Source: Bacteroidota bacterium
Lineage (GTDB): Bacteria; Bacteroidota; Bacteroidia; Flavobacteriales; Flavobacteriaceae
Direction of reading: 5' to 3'
Assembly: GCA_031413015.1 (NCBI GenBank)
Contig: JANOEE010000016.1
Span: 72,070 to 136,069, forward strand
Length of the DNA: 64,000 bases
Shown here: positions 19,101 through 27,662 of the stretch, one piece after another
Position numbering within the stretch: position 1 is the first letter of the stretch
How the letters are laid out: each line of letters opens with the position of its first letter
Program-made: the position numbers and the translations under genes
Notes under the pieces: generated by a model
Told to the model about the DNA's origin: nothing
The model's input: only the letters and a program-made list of their open reading frames with translations
Databases searched by the model: none

Positions 19101-21389
19101 TTGAAAATTTGCACTTGTTGTACTGTAAGAATAAATATTATTTACAGTTCCTGGATTTGCTGTACTACTAAAAGTTTGACCTAAAGCAATAAAACTAGGG
19201 GGACAATTAAATTCAACTGTATCTAAAATACCATCATTGTCATCGTCTAAATCATCTGTATCGAGAACACGATCGACATCATTGTCTCCAGGAATAATAG
19301 GGAAGACAATTACAGTTTGTGAATTATTAGCTGTGATAGGATCTCCTAAATCATTTGCTGTAATTGTTGCAGTATTAGAATAAAGACCTGTAGCCAAAAC
19401 AGTTGCCGTAATGGTCATATTAACCGTTGTTCCATTTGTTAAAGCACCAATGGTCCATAAACCAGTTCCTGAATCGTAAGTACCAACTGAAGGAGTTGCT
19501 ACTCCAAAAGTATAACCCGTAGGCAATACATCGGTAACAATTACACCCGTTGTATCAAAACTACCGTTATTTTTAACAGTAATTGTAAAAGTGATTACAT
19601 CTCCTACATTAGGATTCAATGAACTAACCGTTTTATTAACTTCTAAATCTGTTTGACAAATTGCGGCATTTAAATTTACCGCTATTCCAACTATTGAACC
19701 CACATTACCACTAGTAGCACCATTAGCCAAAAACTCTGTTAATGAGGAAGAACTTGTTCTACCATTTGTGCCCCCAAGAATAGTTTTGACAGAAGTATCT
19801 GTAACTGCATTGACAGAAATTACACCACCACCGCCACCGCCACCAGGGCCTTCGGATTCGCCATTAGTAATAAGCTGATTTCCACCACTACCACCATTTG
19901 TATTTATTGAAATGGTATTAGCAATTGTATTGGCTTGAACCAAAACGGTACCACCACCACCACCACCACCTGGTGCATCATTATGATTAGGTACTGTATT
20001 AAACCCATTTTGACCATTAGATTGTATTGTTCCTGTTCCGGATATAGCATTGGCAACTACAAGAAAAACAACTCCACCTCCATCACCACCATCAGCATTT
20101 GCATTATTGTTACCATCACCAGCACCACCTCCTCCACCAAAGAAAATTTGGCTTTGTAATCCTGAGGAAACTATAGGTCGTCCTCCTAATCCTCCTACCG
20201 CATCTCTATTGTCACCGCCCCAGCCAGTTCTTAAAACATTTGCCGCAGGAACACCTGCCGAAATAAAACCTGCTGGATAAGATGGTCCAACGGAACAAGC
20301 ATTCAGATCAGCACCAGCGAACGAGTATCCGCCACTACCTCCTCCAGAAGAATTGGTTAAAGCATTACCATTGGCTATATAATTAGGATCAAGAGCCCAA
20401 GCTCCTGGAGTACCACAAGTACCTCCAAAATCATTCATGACACCAGCGCCCCTAAACCAGTTGGCTAGATTACCACCATTAGCACCACCACCTCCACCAG
20501 CATTGTGTGCGTTTCCACCTCCACCTCCGTTAGCGGCAGATCCTCGACCATACCTGCCATTGTATAGATTATCATAATCATCACGATATCCAGCAATACT
20601 TTCTCCTTTTTCGGCAGAAAGAGCTAAATTATTCGTTCTAAAATCTGTATAAAAGATATCTCCCTGAGCAGAGGTAGTATTCTCTATAGTACCCCCTCTA
20701 AAACCTGCATCATTAGCATTTATAGAACCATTATTCACCACATTATTAGCTAAAACACCAATAAATCCGCCTCTTCTTCTTGCAAGTGATGAAGGGTCAA
20801 CACCACCAAATGATGGCGCTCCCCATGGAACAGCAACTACCGTTGCTCCAGAATTTACTGTTAAAGTTGTATATTGCGGAATTCTTATAACTTGCACGTA
20901 ACGAGCAGCAAAATAGGATAATTTTATACTACAGTTTAAAGTTATGGTATTTCCAGAAACACTTTCTACGTACGCCAACTCATAACTACCAGCTCCATTA
21001 TAGTCTGTAACAGAACCATAATTCATTGTATTTGTAGCATTTATGATAGCTCCCTGTGCTTGATAGATCATTATCAAATCCCCTTTAGATACGGCATTTG
21101 TAGCAAATCCAGTTGCACTTGTAGTTAATCCAGCGGGTAAATATCCTATTCCATCTCTGTTTAGATCATTAATATCTGAAACGGTAACCGTTGTTGCACC
21201 AACAGCCACATCTACTAAAACCCTAGAATACCGATTCAAGACCGTATTTGAAGTACTAACAGTTAGTGCGCCGTCTTTACCAGACTGAGAATAACCAATA
21301 AAACCAACAAATAAAAAAAGAACCAAAAAAAACTTCTTGTTCGAATTGATATAAGTTGAAATAGATTTTAAAAAAGTAAAATTCACCAT
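16125..21389 (-). CDS. Giant T9SS type-B C-terminal-domain cell-surface adhesin (1754 aa)
   Basis: Signal peptide. Gly-rich region. DUF11-like segment (LEVNKTVSSLNPNVGDVITFTITVKNNG). Thrombospondin type-3-like D-rich repeats. An Ig-like domain. Three to four cadherin-like 116-aa repeats. A C-terminal gliding-motility type-B sorting domain (LTPNGDGQNDVF...IYNRWG...GTYFY...GYLYINR). Confidence 0.85.
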   Translation of the reverse strand: MVNFTFLKSISTYINSNKKFFLVLFLFVGFIGYSQSGKDGALTVSTSNTVLNRYSRVLVDVAVGATTVTVSDINDLNRDGIGYLPAGLTTSATGFATNAVSKGDLIMIYQAQGAIINATNTMNYGSVTDYNGAGSYELAYVESVSGNTITLNCSIKLSYFAARYVQVIRIPQYTTLTVNSGATVVAVPWGAPSFGGVDPSSLARRRGGFIGVLANNVVNNGSINANDAGFRGGTIENTTSAQGDIFYTDFRTNNLALSAEKGESIAGYRDDYDNLYNGRYGRGSAANGGGGGNAHNAGGGGGANGGNLANWFRGAGVMNDFGGTCGTPGAWALDPNYIANGNALTNSSGGGSGGYSFAGADLNACSVGPSYPAGFISAGVPAANVLRTGWGGDNRDAVGGLGGRPIVSSGLQSQIFFGGGGGAGDGNNNANADGGDGGGVVFLVVANAISGTGTIQSNGQNGFNTVPNHNDAPGGGGGGGTVLVQANTIANTISINTNGGSGGNQLITNGESEGPGGGGGGGVISVNAVTDTSVKTILGGTNGRTSSSSLTEFLANGATSGNVGSIVGIAVNLNAAICQTDLEVNKTVSSLNPNVGDVITFTITVKNNGSFDTTGVIVTDVLPTGYTFGVATPSVGTYDSGTGLWTIGALTNGTTVNMTITATVLATGLYSNTATITANDLGDPITANNSQTVIVFPIIPGDNDVDRVLDTDDLDDDNDGILDTVEFNCPPSFIALGQTFSSTANPGTVNNIYSYSTTSANFQYSLVNVTGTGIAWGTGVNSQGPTAGITGNYINVQSNNTDFAGGDVAVYTLNFSQPVYNLAYKFGGLDNQDRADFSARNGASTIPVLVTDINLGANGTFTGQSVVSSAGGANSPANSVQVNISGPVTSITIRTAKNDGGNGNVTLQLYELTYCLGTDSDSDGIPNYLDLDSDNDGCSDSNEYYGLINADGNQSGTDNGQYGTGIPMVNATTGIVVAASYSGTYAGAISSGILSTVTNPTNQSTTVGGTVTFSVTASGGSGTTLYQWQESTNGGTTWTNIIDGGIYSNAQTNNLTLTGVTLGMKDYDYRVLVSQSDYVCGLASSAANLTILNSPPIANDDDRSAFPLTEDGADGAVNVIANDTDLDGNPTAPVNVLGQFTVDLNTTVAGIQTMITTAAGVWTLAIATGIVTFNPANNYNGTATLTYSLCDPTGVCDPALITFVVTAVNDAPVANDDNRSATPLTEDGADGTVNVITNDTDVDGNPTAPVNGVGQFTVDLNTGSPGIQTTFTNGTGVWTLAIATGIVTFNPANNYNGTATLTYSLCDPTGVCDPALITFVVTAVNDAPIANDDDQSATPLTEDGADGTVNVITNDTDVDGNPTAPVNGVGQFTVDLDTATAGIQTMITTAAGVWMLDPATGIVTFNPANNYNGTATLTYSLCDPGTPVLCDNAVITFVVNAVNDVPVANDDPITTLYEEAVVVNVIANDTDIDGAINPLTVSIITQPLNGTVTINPTTGAITYTPNPGFSGNDTFVYQVCDNGTPLPVLCDTATVRVTVSECVINPIKDCDNDGLTNAEEATLGTDPLNPDTDGDGVLDGTELNDGTDPLNGCESIEANVTLPQSQGFLNGDCDADGLNNGIEIGNDPTNPNDSNANGIPDYLEFNNGNPNAADNLEIFNALTPNGDGQNDVFTISNIESYPNNTLEIYNRWGVVVYETRSYGQNGNYFSGISEGRVTVNKGSNLPVGTYFYLLRYKNASGLDKERSGYLYINR
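17047..18104 (-). repeat. Three in-frame tandem repeats (348, 348 and 354 bp) inside the adhesin gene, plus a divergent fourth unit at about 16760-17046
   Basis: Unit anchors gcaa(t/c)tgg lie at 17047, 17401, 17749 and 18097. Long blocks of the units are identical or nearly identical. Confidence 0.9.
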
Positions 21390-21412
21390 AAAAATTTATT
21401 TATATGTAAAAC

Positions 21413-21456
21413 TGTGTTTAAAATTTAAACACAAAAATAAGTGTCTTACAAACATA
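21413..21456 (-). promoter_or_regulatory. Candidate promoter and operator region of the giant adhesin gene
   Basis: A perfect 10+1+10 palindrome, TGTGTTTAAA-A-TTTAAACACA, lies at 21413-21433. Two exact minus-strand TAnnTTTG boxes are present: TATTTTTG at 21439-21432 and TATGTTTG at 21456-21449. All lie 24-67 nt upstream of the ATG at 21389. Confidence 0.3.
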
Positions 21457-21669
21457 ACATTAATTTTATCTTAAATGTAAAATATTCGTTCAAGCGCACT
21501 TTATTATCGTTAAAATACAATTTCACAATACGTTTTATTAATGTTTCTTTAACAAATGTTTTCAATGATTTTAATAAGAAGTAAACTATGAGTTTATAAT
21601 TTTCTAGGTCTATTGATAAATTACTTTTTTAACTGGAAAAAAAATAACGACCCATCCCATTTTTAATAG

Positions 21670-21677
21670 TACTTTTG
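21670..21677 (+). promoter_or_regulatory. Candidate -7 box (TACTTTTG) for prfC
   Basis: Exact TAnnTTTG match 20 nt upstream of the ATG. No clear -33 TTG was seen. Confidence 0.3.
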
Positions 21678-21697
21678 CATTACATCTATTACAAAAT

Positions 21698-23287
21698 ATG
21701 AGCTTTACAGAAGAAATTAACAGACGAAGAACCTTTGGGATCATATCACATCCTGATGCGGGTAAAACCACATTGACTGAAAAGTTATTACTCTTTGGTG
21801 GGGCAATTCAAGAAGCAGGCGCAGTAAAAAACAACAAAATAAAAAAAGGAGCTACTTCTGATTTTATGGAAATTGAACGCCAGAGAGGGATTTCTGTATC
21901 CACTTCTGTTCTAGCATTTAATTATGGAGACAAAAAAATAAATATTCTTGATACGCCTGGTCACAAGGATTTTGCCGAAGACACATTTAGAACATTAACT
22001 GCTGTAGACAGCGTGATTGTTGTGATTGACGTGGCCAAAGGGGTCGAAGAACAAACCGAAAAATTAGTGGCTGTTTGTAGAATGCGCAACATTCCTATGA
22101 TTGTTTTTATCAACAAACTGGACCGTGAAGGAAAGGATGCGTTTGACTTGATGGACGAAGTCGAGCAAAAATTAGGATTAACAGTTACCCCGTTGAGTTT
22201 TCCTATAGGTATGGGTTATGATTTTCAAGGTATTTATAACCTCTGGGAACAAAACATCAACCTTTTTAGTGGTGACAACCGCAAAAATATAGAGGAAACC
22301 ATTGCTTTTTCGGATGTGCAGAATCCTGAATTAGAAAAAATTATTGGTCAAAAACCTGCTGATAAGCTGAGAGAAGAATTAGAGTTGATTGATGAAGTTT
22401 ATCCTAAGTTTGACAGACAAGATTACCTTGACGGAAAATTACAACCTGTGTTTTTTGGCTCTGCGTTGAATAATTTTGGTGTTCGGGAATTGCTAGATTG
22501 TTTCGTAGCGATTGCGCCTTCGCCTAGACCTAAAGAATCGGAAACCAGATTGGTAAATCCAAATGAAGAAAAAATGTCGGGTTTTGTATTTAAAATCCAT
22601 GCCAATATGGATCCAAAACACCGAGACCGTCTTGCATTTATAAAAATAGTTTCAGGTACTTTTGAAAGAAATAAACCGTATTTGCATGTGCGCCAAAACA
22701 AAAATTTAAAATTTTCAAGCCCCAATGCATTCTTTGCTGAGAAAAAAGAAATTGTAGACATTTCTTATCCAGGCGATATTGTAGGACTTCATGATACTGG
22801 TAATTTTAAAATTGGCGATACCTTAACCGAAGGTGAAGTAATGAGTTTCAAGGGTATTCCGAGTTTTTCTCCAGAGCATTTTAGATACATTAACAATGCT
22901 GATCCTATGAAATCCAAACAACTAGAAAAAGGAATTGACCAGCTAATGGATGAAGGTGTAGCGCAGTTGTTTACGCTTGAAATGAATAACAGAAAGATAA
23001 TAGGAACAGTAGGCGCATTGCAATATGAGGTGATACAATACCGATTAGAGCATGAATATGGCGCCAAATGTACTTATGAAAATTTTCCGGTACACAAAGC
23101 TTGCTGGGTCAAGCCCAAAGATGCAAAAAGTGAAGAGTTTAAGGAGTTTAGAAGAATCAAGCAAAAATTTCTAGCCCATGACAAATACAATCAGTTGGTT
23201 TTTCTTGCAGATTCTGACTTTACGATTCAAATGACGCAAAATAAATATCCTAACGTAAAATTATTTTTTACTTCTGAGTTTGAGTAA
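21698..23287 (+). CDS. prfC: Peptide chain release factor 3
   Basis: GTPase motifs AGKTTLTEK, DTPGH and NKLD. The 529-aa length and overall sequence are typical of RF3. Confidence 0.95.
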   Translation: MSFTEEINRRRTFGIISHPDAGKTTLTEKLLLFGGAIQEAGAVKNNKIKKGATSDFMEIERQRGISVSTSVLAFNYGDKKINILDTPGHKDFAEDTFRTLTAVDSVIVVIDVAKGVEEQTEKLVAVCRMRNIPMIVFINKLDREGKDAFDLMDEVEQKLGLTVTPLSFPIGMGYDFQGIYNLWEQNINLFSGDNRKNIEETIAFSDVQNPELEKIIGQKPADKLREELELIDEVYPKFDRQDYLDGKLQPVFFGSALNNFGVRELLDCFVAIAPSPRPKESETRLVNPNEEKMSGFVFKIHANMDPKHRDRLAFIKIVSGTFERNKPYLHVRQNKNLKFSSPNAFFAEKKEIVDISYPGDIVGLHDTGNFKIGDTLTEGEVMSFKGIPSFSPEHFRYINNADPMKSKQLEKGIDQLMDEGVAQLFTLEMNNRKIIGTVGALQYEVIQYRLEHEYGAKCTYENFPVHKACWVKPKDAKSEEFKEFRRIKQKFLAHDKYNQLVFLADSDFTIQMTQNKYPNVKLFFTSEFE

Positions 23288-23319
23288 TTAACTACAAACA
23301 TAATTTAAAAAAAACACAA

Positions 23320-23348
23320 TAAAAAAGGGAGCCAGTGGCTCCCTTTTT
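23320..23348. terminator. Bidirectional terminator between the convergent prfC and PorP/SprF genes
   Basis: A6 run, stem gggagcc / ggctccc with a 3-nt loop, then a T6 run. Confidence 0.65.
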
Positions 23349-23365
23349 TCCATTATCAACAAATA

Positions 23366-24253
23366 TTAAAACTTAAATCGTAATAAAAATTCATTTGTAT
23401 TTCTAGCACTTGCTAATTGAGATTGTGTACTCATTTCATAAACATATCCAAACTGAAAGCGTTTGCTTAGTGTTACCGTAACCAAAGCTGCGTATGCCTG
23501 ATCTGTTCTATATGTAGCTCCAATTTCAAATTGTTTGTCAACAGCTAACATTGTATTAATATCAGCAGAAACAGGAGCGCCATTAACATAACGTACCAAA
23601 AAAGAAGGTTTTAAAACCAAATAATCTGTATTGTCCAAATTAAAATCATAACCCGTACTCAAATAAAGATGCGGACTATCAGTTGCTATTGTTGCAATTC
23701 CGTCCTCATTTCTTGCTCTTTTTGTACTCAAAATTTTTGGTATAGAAAAAGATACGAACCATTTTTCTTGTTTTAATAAAACACCTGCACCTACATTAGG
23801 ATTAAAATTGCTTATTGATGTCAAAGAACCATCCTGAATTACATTATAAGTCTCTAATCCAGAAGAATTAACGCTGTAAAAATTACCTCCAGCTTTAAGA
23901 CCAAAATACACATTTGTATTTTCAGAAAATTGTACTTTATATGAAAAATCTATTCCTACAGTAGTTTGTCGTTCTACAAAAGTTTGATCACTAATTACCG
24001 ATAAACCTATTCCGAATTTTTTTGTCAATGAAGTGCCAAAAGATACCGCTTGTGTGGCTGGTGCATCAGCAATTCCTGTCCATTGTTTTCGTAAAGAGCT
24101 TGTTAAAATAGTTTCATTGTCAACACCAGCATAAGCAGGATTTATAATATTCATATGATAACGATAGAGCGAAATTATACTTTCCTGCTGTGCAAAAATT
24201 GTACAACTGTTCAATAAAAGTATGCTCAATAATATATTTTTAATTGTTTTCAT
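23366..24253 (-). CDS. PorP/SprF-family T9SS membrane protein (second copy)
   Basis: Clear paralog of 15166-16080 (NPAYAG, FNPNVGAGVLL, C-terminal NEFLLRFKF). It lies 21 bp downstream of a type-B CTD cargo gene. Confidence 0.85.
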   Translation of the reverse strand: MKTIKNILLSILLLNSCTIFAQQESIISLYRYHMNIINPAYAGVDNETILTSSLRKQWTGIADAPATQAVSFGTSLTKKFGIGLSVISDQTFVERQTTVGIDFSYKVQFSENTNVYFGLKAGGNFYSVNSSGLETYNVIQDGSLTSISNFNPNVGAGVLLKQEKWFVSFSIPKILSTKRARNEDGIATIATDSPHLYLSTGYDFNLDNTDYLVLKPSFLVRYVNGAPVSADINTMLAVDKQFEIGATYRTDQAYAALVTVTLSKRFQFGYVYEMSTQSQLASARNTNEFLLRFKF

Positions 24254-24274
24254 TTTTCTTGTTTGTTAGTACGC

Positions 24275-27145
24275 TTATTTTGATATGAATAACCAGCCAT
24301 TCTTTTCTACATTACCGTCACCATCCATATCAATTTGATAGTAATAAGACCCTGAATCTGGTAGCGGTTGGTTGTTATTCTTATAGAATCCGTTCCAATT
24401 GTTTTGATAATTTTTTGCTACGAAAACTTCGGATCCCCAACGGTTAAATACTCGAACAATAGAATTAGGATAATTCTGAATGTTATAAATAATCCAAGTA
24501 TCATTTACACCATCTCCATTAGGCGTTATGGCCTGAGAGACGTTAACTTCAATCTGATCACAAACATCTCCTAAACCGTCTTTATCACGATCTTCCTGGC
24601 CTGAATTACTTGCAAAAATACAGTTGTCCGTAGTATCAAGGACACCATCATTGTCATCATCATCATCACAAGAATTACCCCTACCATCATTATCATTATC
24701 CGCTTGATCTGAATTAGCAACTAATGGGCAATTGTCTTGGGTATCTATAATACCATCATTATCATCGTCATCATCACAGTTGTCTTTAGCTCCATCATTG
24801 TCATTATCCCCGTAATTATTAGTTATAGTAATGGTGCCATTAGCGGTAGTCCTGTTATCATAGTTATCAGTTACAGTAAGTACTACAATATTAACACCTG
24901 TATTTGAACAGCTAAAATTGAATTGGCTCAACGTTATTGAGGCAATACCGCAATTATCTGTAGAACCATTGTTTACCATAGCTGTTGTGATGCTAGCTTG
25001 ACCATTCTCGTCAAGAGTAATTGTCAAATTATTCGCAATTGCAACAGGTGCAATCTCATCTACTACGGTTACAATTGCTGTTCTAAAACCAATATTACCA
25101 TTGACATCAGTTACTGATAATGTTACCGTATTCGCACCTACATTTTCGCAATTAAAACTATTTTTGTCAAGCGAATAACCACCTATAGCACAATTGTCAG
25201 TCGAACCATTATCAATAGCAGTAGCGGTTATTGTAGCATTTCCTGTAGCATCTAGTTGTACAGTAATATTTTGTGCAATTACTACTGGTAATTCAACATC
25301 AAGAAGCGTAACATTAAATGAAGTTGAACTATTATTTCCGCTAGCATCTGTTGCCGTCAATGTTATAATTTGTACCGTTCCATTGCCAGATATTGTGGTA
25401 CCTATTGCAGGCGATTGGGTTACGGTTGCAGAACCAGAATCATCCGTTGCAACAGTTAAATCAGTATAATCTGGAATTATGAAAGCACAGTTCAAACCTA
25501 CATTCTCATTCCTATTTTCGACTGGAGTAAGTTCTGGGTCTAATGTATCAACAGTATCAGCATTAACAGTAATCACATCAATATTAGTTCCAGGATACGT
25601 AGCTCCCACTACGGTACCATCAGTATTTACTGCAGGTGGATTACCGTTGCCGTAATACATATTGCCGTCTGTACCTTGAGCAGTTACAGTGCCATACGCT
25701 TCGTTAGCATCGCTCCTACCATCCTGATCAGAATCGAGATCTAAATAATCTGGAGTGCCATCAATATCAGTATCGGTACAACTGGCTAAAACTTGTGCTT
25801 GGGTATTGATATTAAAATTTCCTATTGATGGCGCAGTTGAATTTGTAATAAAGTTACCTGTTCCTGTATAGGAAGACAAAATAGGAACACTATTTGTTGT
25901 TGAGGTAATATTTATAAAGGAAGCAGCTGCAATTCCAGAAATTTCAACATAAGAGGTACTCGACTCACTAGGATAAGGTACCCATCCGGAAACCTGATTA
26001 CCATTGTATCTTATTAATGAAGTACTAGCGGTAGGCACGATCAACGACAAAACATTTGAAGTTGTCATTGAAGAAGGTGTCGAGAAATTGAATGATTTCA
26101 CTGCTTTTGACGCATCTAAAACCAACAACCAAGCAGGATCATTATTATTAGGGGACAATTGCCAAACCGTTGCGTTAGCGCTCGTTTCTAGTATTTTTAA
26201 ATCGGTTGTAGCGATATCAAAAGAGTATACATCTCCAGGATTTGTTAGTGTAGTAACGTTTACACCATTAATAGTTACTGCTGTATTTGCTTGCTCTGCC
26301 ATTACATAGGTAGTATTACTCGCGCCATTTGGTACATAAAATTTAGTGCCTAACAAATTCGTAGGCAACAACATTTCATCAATATTATCACATGCACCAG
26401 ATGAACCATTTGCACATTTTACACCTACAATAACACCTATTTTTTTTGTTGAAGTCACGGTCCATCCTGTCATGTCTAGTGATAATCCAGCTTGCAAATA
26501 AGTTTGTCCTGTATTCAAAACTATTGTTTTTACAACAGCCCCAGTTTTATCTTTAATGATTACTGTATTATTGTCAAAAGGACTGTACAACATTGCATAT
26601 TGGTTGTTTGCATAGTTTCTTGTACCCAAATAAGAAAACAATCTGTAATTGTTGTTCCACAATTGCTCTGGCAATACCACCCACGAATCACTTAAATAAG
26701 GACCAGTCAATTCATGGATTATCGTTACTGGCGCACTAGCGGTCAATTGCAGGCTTTTTCCTGACTCAATTACATTTTCAGTTATTGCTGGAGTGGTGAC
26801 CTCATCTACAGCAATAACTAAAACACCAGAAACTGGAATGGTGTAATTATTTCCGTTGAACGTGATAGCTGTACCACTTGCTCCGGAAACATTAATGTTC
26901 CACAATTCATTAGGATCATACAAATTAGGCGGAGAAAACAAGTTGAAAACCCTACCGTTTAAAGACAAATCACATTCAATAGTATCGTAGATACCATCAT
27001 TGTCATCGTCTAAGTCATCACTGTTGACAACATTGTCACAATCAAAATCTTGGGTTGGCCCACTACCGTAATTGACACATTGTGCATTTGCTGTGCTGCA
27101 AAAAACACACAAGACACTAATAAATAGAAGTAATTTTAATTTCAT
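24275..27145 (-). CDS. T9SS type-B C-terminal-domain surface protein (956 aa) with Ig/HYR-like repeats and thrombospondin type-3-like repeats
   Basis: Signal peptide. Three roughly 85-aa Ig/HYR-like repeats (NGSTDNC motif twice). D-rich calcium-binding-type repeats (DNDNDG..., DDDDDNDG twice). C-terminal [12 protein letters not shown]...VFNRWG...GSYYY...GWLFISK. Confidence 0.85.
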   Translation of the reverse strand: MKLKLLLFISVLCVFCSTANAQCVNYGSGPTQDFDCDNVVNSDDLDDDNDGIYDTIECDLSLNGRVFNLFSPPNLYDPNELWNINVSGASGTAITFNGNNYTIPVSGVLVIAVDEVTTPAITENVIESGKSLQLTASAPVTIIHELTGPYLSDSWVVLPEQLWNNNYRLFSYLGTRNYANNQYAMLYSPFDNNTVIIKDKTGAVVKTIVLNTGQTYLQAGLSLDMTGWTVTSTKKIGVIVGVKCANGSSGACDNIDEMLLPTNLLGTKFYVPNGASNTTYVMAEQANTAVTINGVNVTTLTNPGDVYSFDIATTDLKILETSANATVWQLSPNNNDPAWLLVLDASKAVKSFNFSTPSSMTTSNVLSLIVPTASTSLIRYNGNQVSGWVPYPSESSTSYVEISGIAAASFINITSTTNSVPILSSYTGTGNFITNSTAPSIGNFNINTQAQVLASCTDTDIDGTPDYLDLDSDQDGRSDANEAYGTVTAQGTDGNMYYGNGNPPAVNTDGTVVGATYPGTNIDVITVNADTVDTLDPELTPVENRNENVGLNCAFIIPDYTDLTVATDDSGSATVTQSPAIGTTISGNGTVQIITLTATDASGNNSSTSFNVTLLDVELPVVIAQNITVQLDATGNATITATAIDNGSTDNCAIGGYSLDKNSFNCENVGANTVTLSVTDVNGNIGFRTAIVTVVDEIAPVAIANNLTITLDENGQASITTAMVNNGSTDNCGIASITLSQFNFSCSNTGVNIVVLTVTDNYDNRTTANGTITITNNYGDNDNDGAKDNCDDDDDNDGIIDTQDNCPLVANSDQADNDNDGRGNSCDDDDDNDGVLDTTDNCIFASNSGQEDRDKDGLGDVCDQIEVNVSQAITPNGDGVNDTWIIYNIQNYPNSIVRVFNRWGSEVFVAKNYQNNWNGFYKNNNQPLPDSGSYYYQIDMDGDGNVEKNGWLFISK

Positions 27146-27460
27146 AAAAATTAATTTAAGTTAGTTTTTAAACAAAATTGATAAACACAATTGCTATATA
27201 AAAAATAATTTTATCGATGTACGCAATCTTTTAATATGAAGATTATCAAACTTCTAAATATTAAAAAAGACAATTAAACGCAAACCAAAAAGAGTTTTAA
27301 ATTAGACTGCATTAAAATGATTTTTAAGAATCACAGTAATTTTGTTGATTTAAGCGAAAGTAAAGAAAATAAACACAAGTATACCAAGTAGAAATACGTA
27401 ATTAAGCAATAAAGTGTACTAAAAAGAAGTCGTTTATAGAAAAAAAATCGACGAAAGGAA

Positions 27461-27495
27461 AATAAAAAAAGGAAGTGATTTATACATTATCACTT
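27461..27495 (-). terminator. Candidate terminator of the polysaccharide operon
   Basis: Stem aagtgat / atcactt with a 9-nt loop, followed by T7 on the minus strand. It lies about 170 nt after the capD-like stop. Confidence 0.45.
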
Positions 27496-27662
27496 TACTA
27501 AAAAAAATAACAAATAAAAGCAACTTTAGTTAAGGTAAAAACAATGATAATGTACTGAGTTAAATAAATAAATTTTTATAGAAAAGTCATATCGCTTGAA
27601 TTACAAGAAGTAATCTCTTTAAGACTGTAGAGTTTCAATTATGATGTATAAAATAAATGTAA

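Noticed and set aside
20050-20280. Proline-rich 76-aa plus-strand ORF (and the neighbouring one at 19935-20159) inside the adhesin gene.
   Set aside because: It is the antisense reading of Gly codons (GGN read as NCC) in the glycine-rich region. The minus-strand frame is open for 1754 codons and has recognisable domains.
27146-27662. 517-bp purine-rich (plus-strand) spacer between the capD-like gene and the 956-aa adhesin gene, examined for a small gene or RNA.
   Set aside because: I found only ORFs of 13 codons or fewer. The one clear structure is a terminator-like hairpin (27461-27495). The rest is most simply a long promoter/leader region for the adhesin gene. An ncRNA cannot be excluded without transcript data.
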